Assembly (NCBI GenBank): GCA_028874365.1
Contig: JAPPJZ010000018.1
Location: 80,435-144,434, forward strand
Source: Chloroflexota bacterium
Lineage (GTDB): Bacteria; Chloroflexota; Dehalococcoidia; Bin125
DNA length: 64,000 nucleotides
Reading direction: 5' to 3'
A program made the position numbers and the translations under genes. This document shows positions 61,940-64,000 of the stretch, in pieces. Every line of letters begins with the position of its first letter. Within the stretch, counting starts at the first letter, position 1. The notes under the pieces were generated by a model. It was given only the letters and a program-made list of their open reading frames with translations. It did not search any database and had not been told where the DNA came from.

Positions 61940-64000
61940 GGCAGGGTCAACGCTCCGCCGTCGGTCGCCCGTATCCACAGGGTTGAGAACTCCCACACGC
62001 CGGGATCCCAGGCGCCTCGCAACCGAGGCCAGATCAGCGCCCAGCCCCGGTCATCCCATTGCCAGACCGAAGCGATCAGGCCGGGGTGTCGTTGGTCGAG
62101 CTCCGAGATCATCTCCAGCGCACCGACCTTCCCGCCCAGCCAGGCGATCTGGTTGAATCCCTGCGCCAGGTCGAAGCTGATTGGCCCCGTGATCTCTCCG
62201 CCTGCTGGGACGAAATACGTTCGACCCGGCCGATCCGACACGGTCAGACGCAGCACGTCCCCCGTCCGCACCTGTGCAAGCGAGCCACTGCGGCCGGCCG
62301 CGTCGGCCGGAATCCGCGGCGACCAGCCTTCCCACTTCCTCTCGCGGGCGTTCCACCGCCAGACCGTCTCTACCCAGCGCAGGATTGGCGACATCGCTTC
62401 GTCGATCGCCACATCCGGACCTGTCCATGCGACGTAGTTCGTCCCCGACTCCAGACGCACTCGCTGCGACGGCAGGAAGAGGAGCGAGAACTCCGATGTG
62501 GAACCCGCCGCCGTCATCGCGAGCGCGCGAATCGGAGCGTTGGGCAGTTCCAGCGTGCGGGCGCTCCATCGGCCCCGATGGTCTGCGCGCTGGCTTCGCG
62601 CGATCCGGTCCCAACGTGTCTCGTTCAACTCATACACATCAACGTACGAACCTGGCGTCGCAGTGCCGCTGAACGTGGAGCTGAAGATGCTCGCGCTGAC
62701 TTGCCGAACCTCGTGGTCGTCGATCGTCGGGGCGTTCAGCAACCCGTTGGGACCCCGGTCTCGGTCCCGCGAGTCATTCTCGGTCCTGCCGTCCGCGCCG
62801 AGGTCGATGTCGAGACCGTTCCTTGCGTAGCGGTTACGCGACAGCAGGTTGTCCTGTGCGGAATCGCTGACCACGGAGATGGCTGCTTCGCTTGCGTCAG
62901 CGACGTGGTTCCACTGCACACGGGCGCTGATGGTCCCATCTCCCACGCGGACGCCCCATCCCATCTGCTCGTCGCTATCGAAGGTCACTCGCGTTGCCGC
63001 GCCGGCGCCGATCGCGTTGTATCCCACCAATGGCTCTTCTGTGTTGGCTAGGCGAATCCCGAACTCGGCGCCGCAGAGGTGATTGCCGAGTGGCTCATCG
63101 TTGCCTCCGATAACGATCTCAGCACCGGCTCTCACATCGATCGCGGCCGTGGTCGGACCCTGACGCGAACCGGCGATCACATTGCGCGTCATACTGATTT
63201 GCGTGGTTACGGCATCGTCTACCAAGAGCCCGTACTCACCGGCCGCGACGTAGTTGTTCTGAACCCGGATCACCGCCGCGCCGGCGATGATCGAGATGCC
63301 GCGCTCAACATTCGGACGGACCAGAGCCCTGGGCAGATCTGCAGCGCGCGGAGTCGAGACGCCAGGCAGCGGAACCAGTCCAATCCAGTTGTTCGCAATC
63401 GACGCATCACGCGCGCCTTGCTCCACCGCAATCCCGACGCGATTGGCCGCAATGATGTTGACCCCCCAACCACCGATCTTGGCCTCCGCGGAACCGGGAC
63501 CCAGGAACACTCCGACATCGTTCGGCGCGGCCGCGCCGTCCCGCCGGACTCCAATTCGATTGCTCTCGACCCGAACCTCCTGCCGTGTCTCGCGCAACTC
63601 GACCCCGGCGACCTTGCTGTAACCGATGGCGTTGTCTCGAATCGTCGCCTGCGCAGAGTCGACAATCAGGATGCCGTCGTCGTTCGGCGCCGCGGAGCCA
63701 TCCAGCGCGATGCCGATCACATTGCCTTCGATCCGCACATCGACAGATCCCCCGCCTCCGACCACAATCCCGTGCCCGGTCCGACGCGCGTCACTGTTGC
63801 CGCCGATCCTGTTGTCCCGGATCGCGGCGCCGGCTGCTCCGCCGATCACGGCAACCCCGCTCAACCGATTGGCTGCGGGCAGACCATTGGCCCGTAGCCC
63901 GACCCAATTGCCCTCGATCACCGCATCGCTGGCCTCCGCGCCGATCACACCGATCCCGTATCGCTGGAATCCGATGATCCCGAGCCCTCGAACGACACCG
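61936..64000 (-). CDS. secreted right-handed parallel beta-helix repeat protein (pectate-lyase-fold), probably 5'-truncated by the window edge
   Basis: Repeated N.IG....G....N.I motifs (RDNAIGYSKVAGVEL; ESNRIGVRRDG; IANNWIGL). The ORF runs to the window end. Confidence 0.5.
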   Translation of the reverse strand, partial: GVVRGLGIIGFQRYGIGVIGAEASDAVIEGNWVGLRANGLPAANRLSGVAVIGGAAGAAIRDNRIGGNSDARRTGHGIVVGGGGSVDVRIEGNVIGIALDGSAAPNDDGILIVDSAQATIRDNAIGYSKVAGVELRETRQEVRVESNRIGVRRDGAAAPNDVGVFLGPGSAEAKIGGWGVNIIAANRVGIAVEQGARDASIANNWIGLVPLPGVSTPRAADLPRALVRPNVERGISIIAGAAVIRVQNNYVAAGEYGLLVDDAVTTQISMTRNVIAGSRQGPTTAAIDVRAGAEIVIGGNDEPLGNHLCGAEFGIRLANTEEPLVGYNAIGAGAATRVTFDSDEQMGWGVRVGDGTISARVQWNHVADASEAAISVVSDSAQDNLLSRNRYARNGLDIDLGADGRTENDSRDRDRGPNGLLNAPTIDDHEVRQVSASIFSSTFSGTATPGSYVDVYELNETRWDRIARSQRADHRGRWSARTLELPNAPIRALAMTAAGSTSEFSLLFLPSQRVRLESGTNYVAWTGPDVAIDEAMSPILRWVETVWRWNARERKWEGWSPRIPADAAGRSGSLAQVRTGDVLRLTVSDRPGRTYFVPAGGEITGPISFDLAQGFNQIAWLGGKVGALEMISELDQRHPGLIASVWQWDDRGWALIWPRLRGAWDPGVWEFSTLWIRATDGGALTLP

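Noticed and set aside
1-64000. rRNA genes, transposases or IS elements, integrase
   Set aside because: No sequence resembling 16S/23S/5S rRNA, DDE transposases or tyrosine/serine recombinases was found. The mobility signals are indirect: GC deviation, repeats and tRNA proximity.

Overview
High-GC (~66-68%) bacterial chromosomal segment, probably Actinobacteria- or Chloroflexi-like given the F420-type DDN and LLM enzymes. The gene content is metabolic and housekeeping: SAM methyltransferase, Ogt, SelD, LhgO, four loci of family III (CaiB/BaiF) CoA-transferases, tandem MaoC double-hotdog dehydratases, tandem MFS transporters, RecF, NupC, a two-component system, S21, MgtE, tRNA-Arg and tRNA-His. 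The most striking feature is a selenium trait. SelD carries an in-frame TGA at the Cys17-equivalent position. Downstream of a DUF885 gene there are three tandem paralogous DsbA-like lipoproteins in which the first Cys of the CxxC motif is an in-frame TGA (U-GGC, U-PSC, U-GNC), each followed by a conserved hairpin, consistent with selenocysteine (Sec) insertion. An ORF finder splits all four genes at the TGA. Accessory content: (1) a ~4 kb low-GC island flanked by GC-rich palindromic repeats, carrying a TIR-like-domain protein and an MmeI-like type IIL restriction-modification enzyme, with short tandem direct repeats at one edge; (2) a low-GC HEPN-motif gene inserted between CoA-transferase and MaoC genes; (3) a prophage-remnant-like cassette of capsid-like protein, small proteins, two small TM holin-like proteins and a T7-lysozyme-type amidase; (4) BrnT/BrnA and HicA/HicB toxin-antitoxin pairs plus an orphan HicB; (5) two families of GC-rich hairpin repeats. 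No rRNA and no CRISPR array. Many high-GC alternate-frame ORFs in the supplied track are artefacts.
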